The notes below the pieces were generated by a model. The model worked only from the letters and a program-made list of their open reading frames with translations, searched no databases and was not told where the DNA came from. Below, one piece after another: positions 40,324-49,870 of a DNA stretch of 64,000 nucleotides. A program made the position numbers and the translations under genes. Numbering within the stretch: position 1 is the stretch's first letter; every line of letters begins with the position of its first letter. The stretch spans positions 124,001 through 188,000 of the IMG/VR virus record IMGVR_UViG_3300031951_021456; one strand, written 5' to 3'.

Positions 40324-41054
40324 AAGAGTTAAATGAATTTTTTAGTGCTGTAAGTAAAGAGAAAAAATTTCAACAAGAACAAGTTGAAGAAATTGTCTCA
40401 AACTCTTTTGATGAATTTTTTCTTACACCATTAAAAGAAGAAATAACTCCACCTAAAAAACTAAAAAAACCTTTAATTGAAAAATCTCTAGGTCTTTTAG
40501 CTGAACCAACAACTACAAAAAATCAAGATCCTTTAACTCCCCTTGATCAAAAATTCATGACCGTTGATGCTTTCCAAAAGCATTATCGGTCATTTTTAGC
40601 AAGAGTACAACAACAACTTTCAACTATTGGAGGAGGTGGTGAAGTTAGGTTTGAATTTCTAGATGATATAATAAGAAATAGTGTAAAGAATCGCAATAAA
40701 TTTGTACGCTATAATTCAGATATTAAAAAGTGGGAGGGTGCGGATTGTGGTAGCAATGGAATGCGCTATGCAACTGTTTTGGTTACCTCCCCATCTTACA
40801 CACCAAATGATGTTGATTATTACATTGGCGTAAATTATGCAGGTTCTGTGACCATTACTTTACCGGAAAATGTAGAATCTGGGACATGTTATGTCATTAA
40901 AGATGAGCTAGGTCAAGCATCGCAAGGAACTAATCGCTACATTGAAATTCTCCCATCAGGTTCTGATACAATTGATGAGAAAAATAAAGCTACTATAGCT
41001 ATTGATTATGGTTCACTAACATTAATTTATAGAAATGGCTGGAGGATAGTTTAG
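40320..41054 (+). CDS. Putative virion structural protein
   Basis: C-terminal YYIGVNYAGSVTITLP...YVIKDELG...DYGSLTLIY module of fibre-type proteins. Confidence 0.6.
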   Translation: MKELNEFFSAVSKEKKFQQEQVEEIVSNSFDEFFLTPLKEEITPPKKLKKPLIEKSLGLLAEPTTTKNQDPLTPLDQKFMTVDAFQKHYRSFLARVQQQLSTIGGGGEVRFEFLDDIIRNSVKNRNKFVRYNSDIKKWEGADCGSNGMRYATVLVTSPSYTPNDVDYYIGVNYAGSVTITLPENVESGTCYVIKDELGQASQGTNRYIEILPSGSDTIDEKNKATIAIDYGSLTLIYRNGWRIV

Positions 41055-42283
41055 TGTCACATTTATATGAAGCTAGCAAAAATCAATATGATGCTTTCGG
41101 GCGACTAAAAATTTCAAATCCAGTTACACTTTTTGATTCTTCTCATAGATATAGAGATAATGGTCTATGGGCAACAAAAATAGTAGGTTCAGGAAGTACA
41201 GTGGGGTTTGTTACACATCAGGGTCTAGTAGATCTTACAATTGGAACTGGATCAACTTGTAAAATTATACGAGAAACTTTAAGAGTATTTTCATATCAAC
41301 CTGGCAAAGGATTGACTATTGATAATACTGGAGTTATGAATGATCATAAGGAAAATTTAACTCAAAGAATTGGTTACTTTAATGATGAAAATGGCATATT
41401 TTTTGAGCAAGAAAATTCAAACTTTTATATAGTAAAACGAAGTGGTGTTAGCGGCATAGTAACTGATACAAAAATACTACAATCTGAATGGAACATTGAC
41501 AATTTAACAGGAATTGGAGCATCAAATCCATCTGGGATAAAATTAAATCCATCAAAATCACAAATATTTTGGACTGATATTGAATGGCTTGGTGTAGGTA
41601 ATGTAAGAGCAGGATTTATTATTGATGGCAAAATAGTTCATACTCACACATTTAGACATGCAAATATAATTGATTCTACATACATGTCTACAGCTAGTCT
41701 TCCGATTCGGTATGAAATTTTTAATACTGGAATTACGACAAGTTCTAGTTCAATGAAGCAAATTTGTTCAACTGTTATTTCAGATGGTGGATATGAATTA
41801 AGAGGTCTACAACAACCTATTGGAACACCTATATTATCACCAGTATCATTACCAAGTTCTGGAGTATTCTATCCAGTTGTAACGATAAGATTAAAGACAA
41901 GTCCAAATCGTTTGGATGCTATTGTCATTTTAACTGCTCTATCAATTATGGGTATTACCAATAATTCCAATTATAATTGGAAACTTGTAAGCAGTGGAAT
42001 CACAACTGGGGGAACTTGGATAGATGCAGGAATAGATTCAGCAGTTGAATATAAAATTGATGGAGGTGGAATAAGTGGAGGAAGAGCATTGGGTCTTGGT
42101 TATTTTAGTGCTTCCAATCAAAATAATACAACTATAAATATTTTAAGAGAGGCGCTATTTAAGTTCCAATTGGAGCGAAATGGACTTACTAATACTCCCC
42201 ATGAATTATCTTTAGCTTTATCGTCTAGTTCAGATAATTCTCTTGTTCATGCTTCTCTAGATTGGGAAGAAATTAGTAGATAA
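41054..42283 (+). CDS. Putative virion structural protein (beta-rich)
   Basis: DAFGRLKISNPVTLFDS, YQPGKG, WLGVGNVRAG, SSSMKQICSTVISDGG. Confidence 0.65.
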   Translation: MSHLYEASKNQYDAFGRLKISNPVTLFDSSHRYRDNGLWATKIVGSGSTVGFVTHQGLVDLTIGTGSTCKIIRETLRVFSYQPGKGLTIDNTGVMNDHKENLTQRIGYFNDENGIFFEQENSNFYIVKRSGVSGIVTDTKILQSEWNIDNLTGIGASNPSGIKLNPSKSQIFWTDIEWLGVGNVRAGFIIDGKIVHTHTFRHANIIDSTYMSTASLPIRYEIFNTGITTSSSSMKQICSTVISDGGYELRGLQQPIGTPILSPVSLPSSGVFYPVVTIRLKTSPNRLDAIVILTALSIMGITNNSNYNWKLVSSGITTGGTWIDAGIDSAVEYKIDGGGISGGRALGLGYFSASNQNNTTINILREALFKFQLERNGLTNTPHELSLALSSSSDNSLVHASLDWEEISR

Positions 42284-42291
42284 TATAAATA
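42284..42291 (+). promoter_or_regulatory. Late promoter TATAAATA
   Basis: Exact T4 late consensus, followed by an AGGAG RBS. Confidence 0.65.
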
Positions 42292-42313
42292 ATAGGTAAA
42301 GGAGACTATATTC

Positions 42314-42580
42314 ATGCAGATTACTAAAGTCATTGAAACTCAAATTTCAACTCCAACAACTGTTGGAACTGCAACTAGCTTAAATTCTGCAACTTGTGTA
42401 AGGCTTTGTAATGATACTGGTGGAGAAATTGTTGTAAGTATTTCAACATCTGTTGGTGCTGCAACTTCTAATAGTTTCACTTTACCTCGCTATAGTGTGG
42501 AGTTTTTACAGAAATCTTCATCTGATGTTATTTTTACAAATTCAGCAATTAAAGCTAATAAAGTAGGATTTACCAACTAA
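42314..42580 (+). CDS. Small structural-module protein
   Basis: TPTTVGTATSLNSATCVRL; late promoter and RBS. Confidence 0.65.
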   Translation: MQITKVIETQISTPTTVGTATSLNSATCVRLCNDTGGEIVVSISTSVGAATSNSFTLPRYSVEFLQKSSSDVIFTNSAIKANKVGFTN

Positions 42581-42581
42581 A

Positions 42582-42914
42582 ATGGCAACTCAAGAGATAT
42601 TGGGATTAACAATTGAAAAGGGTGAAGATTTTTCAACTTCATTTGTAATTGAATCTTTTGATGGAAATCTTCTTGATTTGACTAATTATACTGCTATATC
42701 TAAAATTAGAAAATATCCCTCTTCGCCAAATTTTAAATCATTTGAAACTGAAGTTTTAGGTTCTACTGGATATGTTAATCTTATTATGAGTAGATTAGTG
42801 ACTGCCACTCTCTCTTCAGGTAGAAACTATTTTGATGTTCTTCTTACAAATGGCATTGAAACAATTAAGCCAATAAAAGGAACAATTATGGTGGAGGAAA
42901 CTGCATCATTATGA
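42582..42914 (+). CDS. Putative fibre-anchoring/adaptor protein
   Basis: LTIEKGEDF...DLTNYTAISKIRK...GRNYFDVLL pattern of small adaptors preceding fibre genes. Confidence 0.55.
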   Translation: MATQEILGLTIEKGEDFSTSFVIESFDGNLLDLTNYTAISKIRKYPSSPNFKSFETEVLGSTGYVNLIMSRLVTATLSSGRNYFDVLLTNGIETIKPIKGTIMVEETASL

Positions 42915-44761
42915 GTGGAGATATTAGAGTTAGATTTGGACAACAAAGCAAATTTAAAGTGAGCACAGTGCAAGATCCAATTGCTGAAAGTGCTTACAAT
43001 ATTTACACGCAAAGTTCTGGGATTAATACATCATTCTATTTAACTTTTGTTGGCACTAACACTACTTCTTTAACAAAAAATAGAGTTTATACAAGTTCAG
43101 GACTTTCATATAATCCTTCTAGTAATACAATTTCATATGCAAATACTTCTTTAAATTTTAATAATACGCAAACTAATCAAAGTATTGTTAGTTTTGGAAC
43201 TACTGATGTTACATTTTCAAATAGTGTAATAATCAATGAAGATCTTAGAGTTTTGGGGAATTTTGATCTTTCTAATGTATCAATAGGAAATGTTAGTGGT
43301 GGTTCTACTGGAGATTTACTCTATCAATATTCTTCTGGAATAACATCATTTTTACCAGCAGGGCAATTTGATTATGTTTTAACATCAAATGGGCCAGGAA
43401 CAATACCTTCTTGGAAGCAAAGTTCTGGCACTGGTATTTCTTCATCTGTAGATTATGCAACATCTGCAGGGATTGCAACTTATGCAACATCTGCAGGGAT
43501 TGCAACTTATGCAACATCTGCAGGGATTGCAACTGCCATCGCCCACAAAGCTACTCACTCAACTGGTGGCTCCGATGCTCTTACTGCAACTGACATTGGC
43601 GCCGATCCCCAAGGCACAGCCTCCAGCGCCATCGCGGCCCACCTGCTGGCGGCCAGCCACCACGACCCCGCCACCCTGGCCGCCAACCTGCAGGGGATCC
43701 TCTCCCTGTCCGGCCAAGAGCTGGCGGCCGTCTCCCCCGGCGCGGGGCTGACGCGGCTGCACTACTGGAATCCAGCCACATCACGGCTGGAGTTCCTGGG
43801 CCTTGGCAACACCCTGTCCATCGCCAGCGGGCAGCTCAACGCAGTGGGCGGGTCGCCCGGTGGCAGTGACGGTCAGCTCCAGTGGAATTCCGGGGGCGCA
43901 TTTGCGGGCCTGCCAACAAGTGTAGTTGACGGAAGCGGAAATATAACAATCTCCGGCCGGATTACATCTGCGTGCAATGGCGCTGCGAGCGCTCCGGCGT
44001 TATCAATAACAGGGGGGTTATTTGCTGGTGGCACGGGAGCAACAACGACTCCGAATATTTTAGTGCAACCACCGGGAGCGCCAGTCGTTAGCTCTTGGAG
44101 TACAAGCGGGACAGTTTTAGGAGTCAATATGCCATCTGGTTTTAATGGTAGATTTATTGATTTTTTAACTAATAATACTCGGGTTTTTTCTCTTTCTCAC
44201 AATGGAACATTAAACCTAAATGGAATTATAGGAAACATGAGCAGTAGCTCAATAATTTCGCTAGGAACTTTATCCATAACACTTCAAGGCGGCTCAAATT
44301 TAGCGTTGTCTGGCGGTTTATTATCACTATCACAGGGCGCAACTAGCCATACACTAGAAGTGTACGATAGATCCATTAGCACTACCGATTATCATCGCAT
44401 TGCTATTAAGACTGCGCGAGCAACTCTCTCGAACATCTCCGGGCCATCGGTTACGGCCGCCGCTTTAATTCCTGCCGGCGCCATGGTGATGGGCGTCACG
44501 TCTAAAATAACAACGGCGTTTGGCACTTCAAACGGTGCGACTGGTTATCAAATTGGTACATTGGCGGCTCCAGGCAGATTCGGATCTATTGTTGGCACAG
44601 CATTGGGAACGACAACAGACAACAGGAATTGGCCTCCTGGCCAATTAGCTGAAAATTTTCCCTCTGCAACAGATATATTGTTGACGGCAACAGGGGGAAC
44701 CTTTGACGGGACTGGCGTTATTTATATTAGTATCCAGTACATCACAGGTCAATCTGATTAA
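42911..44761 (+). CDS. Mosaic tail fibre / receptor-binding-like protein
   Basis: G/S/T-rich; GGSTGDLLYQ and PGGSDGQLQWNSGGAFAG fibre motifs; YATSAGIAT repeats; abrupt GC shift at 43535. Confidence 0.7.
   Translation: MSGDIRVRFGQQSKFKVSTVQDPIAESAYNIYTQSSGINTSFYLTFVGTNTTSLTKNRVYTSSGLSYNPSSNTISYANTSLNFNNTQTNQSIVSFGTTDVTFSNSVIINEDLRVLGNFDLSNVSIGNVSGGSTGDLLYQYSSGITSFLPAGQFDYVLTSNGPGTIPSWKQSSGTGISSSVDYATSAGIATYATSAGIATYATSAGIATAIAHKATHSTGGSDALTATDIGADPQGTASSAIAAHLLAASHHDPATLAANLQGILSLSGQELAAVSPGAGLTRLHYWNPATSRLEFLGLGNTLSIASGQLNAVGGSPGGSDGQLQWNSGGAFAGLPTSVVDGSGNITISGRITSACNGAASAPALSITGGLFAGGTGATTTPNILVQPPGAPVVSSWSTSGTVLGVNMPSGFNGRFIDFLTNNTRVFSLSHNGTLNLNGIIGNMSSSSIISLGTLSITLQGGSNLALSGGLLSLSQGATSHTLEVYDRSISTTDYHRIAIKTARATLSNISGPSVTAAALIPAGAMVMGVTSKITTAFGTSNGATGYQIGTLAAPGRFGSIVGTALGTTTDNRNWPPGQLAENFPSATDILLTATGGTFDGTGVIYISIQYITGQSD
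43454..43534 (+). repeat. Perfect 27-bp tandem repeat x3 (TATGCAACATCTGCAGGGATTGCAACT)
   Basis: Three identical units encoding YATSAGIAT. Confidence 0.95.
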
Positions 44762-44766
44762 ACCAA

Positions 44767-45174
44767 ATGACTCACCAAATCACAGTCCAAATCTCACGCC
44801 GCGCCTATGGAGGCTTGGTTGCCGCGGCAAATGAAGCAGGAAAATCGCCTCAGCAAATGGCTCTAGATCTGCTTGAGGAGATTGGCCTAAACTACGCAAA
44901 TCTGCCTCAATACTTAGTAGGATCGCTAACAACCGCACAGTTTATAGATAGGCTAACCCCTCAAGAATATGCGACGATTAAAGAAGTCGCGCAATCTAAT
45001 GCACAAGTCGAAGAGTTGAAAAACCGTTTGCTTGAACGCGAACGCATAGCGTTAGACGAGGAGCCGTTAGTCGAAGGCCTGCTGGCGCTTGCAGCCGCTG
45101 GACTGCTTCAGACTGGGCGGCCGGCGGAGCTTGTTGATTTTGTTATTCCTGAGCCACTGCACAATCAATCATGA
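44767..45174 (+). CDS. Putative tail-fibre assembly chaperone-like protein
   Basis: Directly follows fibre gene; QFIDRLTPQE and GLLALAAAGLLQTGRPAEL motifs; elevated GC like the fibre C-terminus. Confidence 0.5.
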   Translation: MTHQITVQISRRAYGGLVAAANEAGKSPQQMALDLLEEIGLNYANLPQYLVGSLTTAQFIDRLTPQEYATIKEVAQSNAQVEELKNRLLERERIALDEEPLVEGLLALAAAGLLQTGRPAELVDFVIPEPLHNQS

Positions 45175-45379
45175 TTGACGACTACCACATGCCCCCCGCC
45201 TTCCTGCAGGCGCTGCAGGAGGCCTTCGACGCCGAGTAGAATCCCCTCATGGCCCCACTCCTCCCAGCTTGCCGCATATAAACATTTCCCCTGAAATCGG
45301 CGGCGCTTTGCTCCAAAAAGCGCATGAATTCAAGCTTCCGGGTGATTTTATTGCGGCTCTGATGCCTGGCCAGTCGTGA
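45171..45379 (+). pseudogene. Two stacked GC-rich gene-tail remnants
   Basis: MIDDYHMPPAFLQALQEAFDAE* (45171-45239) and, in another frame without ATG, ...AHEFKLPGDFIAALMPGQS* (ends 45379) share [YF][HK][ML]PxxFxxAL. Confidence 0.4.
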
Positions 45380-45520
45380 CGGGAAAACTTCTAGCGATTC
45401 CATGGAGAATTTCATTTTATACTAAGTCTAGAAGCTCTTGAACTTCACTCAGTTTAATTATTGCAACAATATAATTTAATAGACTGTATTTCCGCTATAA
45501 TAGATACAAATTAAACATCA

Positions 45521-45527
45521 ATAAATA
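45521..45527 (+). promoter_or_regulatory. Late promoter box ATAAATA
   Basis: Upstream of gp21. Confidence 0.6.
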
Positions 45528-45548
45528 GTTCATAATATCTTAAAATTA

Positions 45549-46196
45549 ATGAAATTATTTACAGAAGAAGCACAAGAAGTGAAAATGCTCACTGAAAGTG
45601 TGAAAGGAAAGAAAAAACTCTTTATTGAAGGAGTATTCTGTCAAGCAGAAATAAAGAATAGAAATGGTAGAATTTATCCGTTTCAAGTTCTTAATAATGC
45701 TGTGAATTATTATGTTGAGAATTTCGTTAAATTTAATAGAGCTGTAGGAGAGTTAAACCATCCGGCTACTCCGACAATCAACTATGACAGAGTTTCACAT
45801 TTAATTGAATCTCTTACTCCTAAGGGAAATTGTTTTTATGGTAGAGCAAGAGTATTAAATACTCCAATGGGTCAAATTGTAACAAACCTACATGAAGAGG
45901 GTATTCGTTTTGGTGTTTCATCTAGAGCTGTTGGGTCTTTAAGACCAACAAATGAAGGTGTTAATATTGTTGGTGATGATTTAATGTTTTCAACTGTTGC
46001 AGATATTGTTCATGATCCTTCATGTACTTCAGCATTTGTTGAAGGTATTATGGAAGGTAAAAATTGGTATTATGATGTAACTAAAAAAGAATGGTTAATT
46101 GAAAATACTAAAAAAACTATCAATAAGTTAGTAGATTCGCATCAACTAGAAGAAAAGAAACTTCAATTATTTGAAAGTTTTCTTAATCATATTTGA
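45549..46196 (+). CDS. gp21: Prohead core protease gp21
   Basis: LFIEGVFCQAEIKNRNGRIYP, GELNHP, FGVSSRAVGSL, DIVHDPS. Confidence 0.95.
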   Translation: MKLFTEEAQEVKMLTESVKGKKKLFIEGVFCQAEIKNRNGRIYPFQVLNNAVNYYVENFVKFNRAVGELNHPATPTINYDRVSHLIESLTPKGNCFYGRARVLNTPMGQIVTNLHEEGIRFGVSSRAVGSLRPTNEGVNIVGDDLMFSTVADIVHDPSCTSAFVEGIMEGKNWYYDVTKKEWLIENTKKTINKLVDSHQLEEKKLQLFESFLNHI

Positions 46197-46213
46197 TCAA
46201 ACATTTTACTTTA

Positions 46214-46220
46214 CTAAATA
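46214..46220 (+). promoter_or_regulatory. Late promoter box CTAAATA
   Basis: Upstream of gp22. Confidence 0.5.
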
Positions 46221-46264
46221 AACATAGATTAACAAATTAATTAGGGTTAAAAGGAGAAATTAAA

Positions 46265-47419
46265 ATGCCTCGTGGTACAAATTTACAAGAAATGGACGCA
46301 AAAAATTCTCAATCTAAAACTGCAGTGAATCAGAATGCAAAACCTGCAGAACCAATGCAGCACTTAAAGGATAATCTGCCCCCTGGTCAAACTGCAGGCT
46401 GGGAAGATCTTGGTGGACCTACTCCAGAAAATTATCGTAATGATGATGACTCTGCAAAGTTTAAAGATCCTGCAGGTCGCCTATCTCAAGTGAAAAATGT
46501 AGTCACTAAAAATGCAAAGCCTGCAGACCCTATGCCACATATGAAAAAAGGTGCAGTTAAAGAATCTGCTGAAGATGAAGATGAAGAGCTTCTAGAAGAT
46601 CAAGAGGATGAAGAGCTTGATGAATTAGAAGAAGATGAATCTGAAGAAGATCTTGATGAAACTGAAGAAGATGATGAAGTCTATGAAGAGGATTTTAACG
46701 TTGAAGAAGATGTTAATGCTCTTATGGCTGGTGAAAATCTCTCTGAGGAATTTCAAGAAAAGGCAAGAACCATCTTTGAGGCTGCTCTAAAAACTCGTGC
46801 AACTCAATTAAAAGAAGCTCTTGAAGCTCAATATGAAGAAGCACTCTTAGAAGAAGTTGAAGCCATTAAAGCGGATCTTGAAGAGCGTGTTGATTCTTAT
46901 CTTGAATATGTAGCCGAAGAGTGGCTAGAAGAAAATCGTCTCCAAGTTGAGACTGGAATTAAAGTTAAGGTCACTGAATCCTTCTTAGTAGGTCTTAAGG
47001 GACTTTGTGAACAACATTATGTGCAAATGCCTGAAGAAAAGTATGACGTGCTGGAAGGCATGGTAGAAAAACTAGATGAAATGGAAGATAAACTCAACGA
47101 GCAAATTGAGAAGAACATCCGCTTAAACCAAAGACTCTCTGAGTCGGTTGCAGATAGGATTCTTGATGAGGTATCTGAAGGACTTGCAGTCACTCAGAAA
47201 GAGAAGCTCGCCACACTTTCTGAAAGTGTTGAGTTTGAAAGTGAATCAAGCTATAGAGAAAAGCTTTTAACTCTTAAGGAATCTTATTTCCCTGCTCGTA
47301 GAGTTAATAAGCAGGCTAATTTAGAGAATCTGTCTGAAGATTTTGTCTATTCCTCAGAACCTGTTTCTGGCACAATGGCTCAATATCTCGCAGCTCTTCA
47401 AATGATTGGCCAAAGTTGA
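46265..47419 (+). CDS. gp22: Prohead core scaffold gp22
   Basis: Acidic coiled coil; LSEEFQEKARTIFEAA, VDSYLEYVAEEW, LTLKESYF; between gp21 and gp23. Confidence 0.92.
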   Translation: MPRGTNLQEMDAKNSQSKTAVNQNAKPAEPMQHLKDNLPPGQTAGWEDLGGPTPENYRNDDDSAKFKDPAGRLSQVKNVVTKNAKPADPMPHMKKGAVKESAEDEDEELLEDQEDEELDELEEDESEEDLDETEEDDEVYEEDFNVEEDVNALMAGENLSEEFQEKARTIFEAALKTRATQLKEALEAQYEEALLEEVEAIKADLEERVDSYLEYVAEEWLEENRLQVETGIKVKVTESFLVGLKGLCEQHYVQMPEEKYDVLEGMVEKLDEMEDKLNEQIEKNIRLNQRLSESVADRILDEVSEGLAVTQKEKLATLSESVEFESESSYREKLLTLKESYFPARRVNKQANLENLSEDFVYSSEPVSGTMAQYLAALQMIGQS

Positions 47420-47462
47420 ATATAACATCAATCAAATTCAAAACTATTAAAGGTAAACGCAA

Positions 47463-48878
47463 ATGTTTCTAAACGAACAACACAATTTGCAGGAAAAGTG
47501 GGCACCGATTCTCAATTTTGATGGCGTTGAGCCTATCAAGGATTCTCATCGGAGACAAGTCACTGCAACCCTGCTAGAAAACACTGAAAAGGATCTTCGT
47601 GAGCAAAGTGCTTTTGCTCGGGGGATGCTCTTTGAATCTCCTACTACTTTCGCTAATGCTCCTGGTGCTGGTGGTGGCTTCAGTGGTTCTGCCTCTGGGG
47701 CTGGCCCTGTTGCTGGTTTTGACCCGATCATGATTTCAATGATTCGTAGGTCAATGCCTAATCTTATTGCATATGATGTGTGTGGTGTGCAAGCAATGAA
47801 TGGCCCTACTGGTCTTATCTTTGCGATGCGCTCTCGCTATAACAATCAAACTGGTAGGGAGACCTTCTTTGATGAAGTGGATAGCTCCTTCTCTGGTCAA
47901 GATAGTGGTTTCAATCTGACTGGTGGATTTACTGATGCCAATGTTGGTATGGGTACTACTAACTTTGCAAATCTTGGGTCTAATCCTGGGCTGCTTAATC
48001 CTGTTGGTACTGCATCTTCTCTTGGCTATCAAGTTGGCCAGGCAATGAAGACTGGTGATGCCGAGCAGCTTGGCTATGCCACGGGTGATCAATTCAATGA
48101 GATGAGTTTCTCCATTGAACGGGTTCCCGTAGAGGCTAAATCTCGTGCTCTGAGGGCCGAATATTCTATGGAACTTGCTCAGGATCTTAAGGCTATCCAT
48201 GGTCTTGGTGCTGAAGCCGAGTTGGCTAATATTCTGTCTAGTGAAATTTTAGCTGAAATTAACCGCGAAGTTATTCGCACAGTTTATAAAGTGGCTGAGC
48301 AAGGTGCTGCAGTAAACGTTGCGACTCCTGGTGTATTTGACCTTGACGTTGACTCTAATGGCCGTTGGTCTGTGGAGAAATTCAAAGGTCTTCTGTTCCA
48401 GATTGAGCGCGATGCTAATGCTATTGCACAGCGCACTCGTCGTGGGAAGGGCAACATTATTGTTTGTTCTGCTGACGTGGCTTCAGCTCTTACTATGGCT
48501 GGTGTACTTGATTATACTCCTGCTCTTAATGCTAATTTGACTGTGGATGATACTGGCAATCTATTTGCTGGGACTCTTATGGGCAAATTCCGTGTTTTTA
48601 TTGATCCATATTCTGCCAACGTTAGCGAAACTCAATATTATGTGGTTGGGTTTAAGGGTACAAGTCCCTATGATGCTGGAATTTTCTATGCGCCATACTT
48701 ACCTCTGCAGATGTTTAGGGCGGTTCATCAGGACTCATTCCAGCCGCGTCTAGCCTTTAAGTCTAGATACGGTATCGTGGCGAACCCTTTTGCTGAAGGT
48801 CTAGAACAAGGTCTTGGTAGATTGCGTATTAATTCCAACCGCTACTACCGTCGCGTAGCAATTCGTAATCTTTCCTGA
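47463..48878 (+). CDS. gp23: Major capsid protein gp23
   Basis: MIRRSMPNLIAYDVCGVQAMNGPTGLIFAMR, EYSMELAQDLKAIHG, YYRRVAIRNL. Confidence 0.97.
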   Translation: MFLNEQHNLQEKWAPILNFDGVEPIKDSHRRQVTATLLENTEKDLREQSAFARGMLFESPTTFANAPGAGGGFSGSASGAGPVAGFDPIMISMIRRSMPNLIAYDVCGVQAMNGPTGLIFAMRSRYNNQTGRETFFDEVDSSFSGQDSGFNLTGGFTDANVGMGTTNFANLGSNPGLLNPVGTASSLGYQVGQAMKTGDAEQLGYATGDQFNEMSFSIERVPVEAKSRALRAEYSMELAQDLKAIHGLGAEAELANILSSEILAEINREVIRTVYKVAEQGAAVNVATPGVFDLDVDSNGRWSVEKFKGLLFQIERDANAIAQRTRRGKGNIIVCSADVASALTMAGVLDYTPALNANLTVDDTGNLFAGTLMGKFRVFIDPYSANVSETQYYVVGFKGTSPYDAGIFYAPYLPLQMFRAVHQDSFQPRLAFKSRYGIVANPFAEGLEQGLGRLRINSNRYYRRVAIRNLS

Positions 48879-48901
48879 TCCATTAAGAACAACAAATCAA
48901 T

Positions 48902-48927
48902 AGAGGGCATCAAAAGCCCTCTTTTTT
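48902..48927 (+). terminator. Intrinsic terminator after gp23
   Basis: AGAGGGC-atcaaaa-GCCCTCT followed by a T run. Confidence 0.85.
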
Positions 48928-49711
48928 ATTGGCTTTCAACTTTTCTACATTTGTATCCTTTATGGTGATTCCTTCTCCCAGCAGCTACAGAATACATTTT
49001 AGATCTACTAATATTTTTAGTAATACAGTATTCTGATAAATTTATCACAAATTCTTCAGTACCTTCTGGCGTTATAACTATCCATTCTTTTTGTTTGGAC
49101 TCAATATTTTTTCTTAATATATCCTCTTGCAAATTATATTCTCTAAGTTTTTGTTTTGTTTCTTCTTTAACATATCTACCCCTAGCTTTTTCTCTAATTT
49201 TTTGTCTATGCTCTTCAGTTTTTGGTTTACCTCTATTAGCTTCACTTATTAATCTTTTTGATTTTTCTGAATGCTTTTTACCAGTATTTAATTTTGAAAG
49301 TTTACGTTTAGTTTCTTCACTATGTTTTTTACCATAAAACCCATTTCGTTCCCCAAGCATCCTTTCAGGTCTATTAGCAATAAAAATATTAAGAAGAGTT
49401 CCACCTTCATCAAATCCAATTCTACCATATTTAATAATTTCTTGTTCTTCAAGATTATAGGCATCCTCTTCCCTTAAATCTACACTTATTTTAATAACCA
49501 TGGGTTCAATACCAGATGCTCTAAGATTTTTAATATGTCCTGTTAATCTTTTATTTTTGGTATAGCCAGCAGCAGGAGTTAAATGTTGAAAACATCTTGG
49601 TCCTTTACCTTTACCTACATAAAAAGGTGTTCCTTTTATAGGATTAATAATATGATAGACATAATAAACTGGGCATTCATCGTAATTATTTTCTTTTTCT
49701 TTTTTAAACAT
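48926..49711 (-). CDS. Free-standing GIY-YIG homing endonuclease with NUMOD3 repeats
   Basis: YYVYHIINP...FYVGKG...R...E...LLN catalytic module; repeats GKKHSEETKRKLS, GKKHSEKSKRLIS, KPKTEEHRQKI. Confidence 0.85.
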   Translation of the reverse strand: MFKKEKENNYDECPVYYVYHIINPIKGTPFYVGKGKGPRCFQHLTPAAGYTKNKRLTGHIKNLRASGIEPMVIKISVDLREEDAYNLEEQEIIKYGRIGFDEGGTLLNIFIANRPERMLGERNGFYGKKHSEETKRKLSKLNTGKKHSEKSKRLISEANRGKPKTEEHRQKIREKARGRYVKEETKQKLREYNLQEDILRKNIESKQKEWIVITPEGTEEFVINLSEYCITKNISRSKMYSVAAGRRNHHKGYKCRKVESQ

Positions 49712-49839
49712 AATTACTTTATTCTAAATGAAATTGAGTTCTTTCTTTAATTTGGTTCGTTAAATGCTTATTACAGCCAATTTTTAGAAAGTCTCTTCCC
49801 TTCCAGTTTTGTTTAATAAATTCTTTTAAGTCTTGCATA

Positions 49840-49846
49840 ATAAATA
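49840..49846 (+). promoter_or_regulatory. Late promoter box ATAAATA upstream of the methyltransferase
   Basis: 24 nt upstream of ATG 49871. Confidence 0.45.
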
Positions 49847-49870
49847 TATCGTCTTTAATAGTGTTTACTT

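Noticed and set aside
43454-43534. CRISPR-like array
   Set aside because: Repeats are contiguous with no spacers and in-frame coding (YATSAGIAT); likewise the 108-bp and dyad repeats are not regularly spaced.
43305-44127. Overlapping alternative-frame ORFs in the fibre gene (e.g. MQHLQGLQL repeats)
   Set aside because: By-products of the tandem repeat and high GC content.
45182-45415. 77-aa minus-strand ORF as a real gene
   Set aside because: Antisense to the GC-rich remnants, no recognisable motif; open frames are expected by chance in GC-rich DNA.
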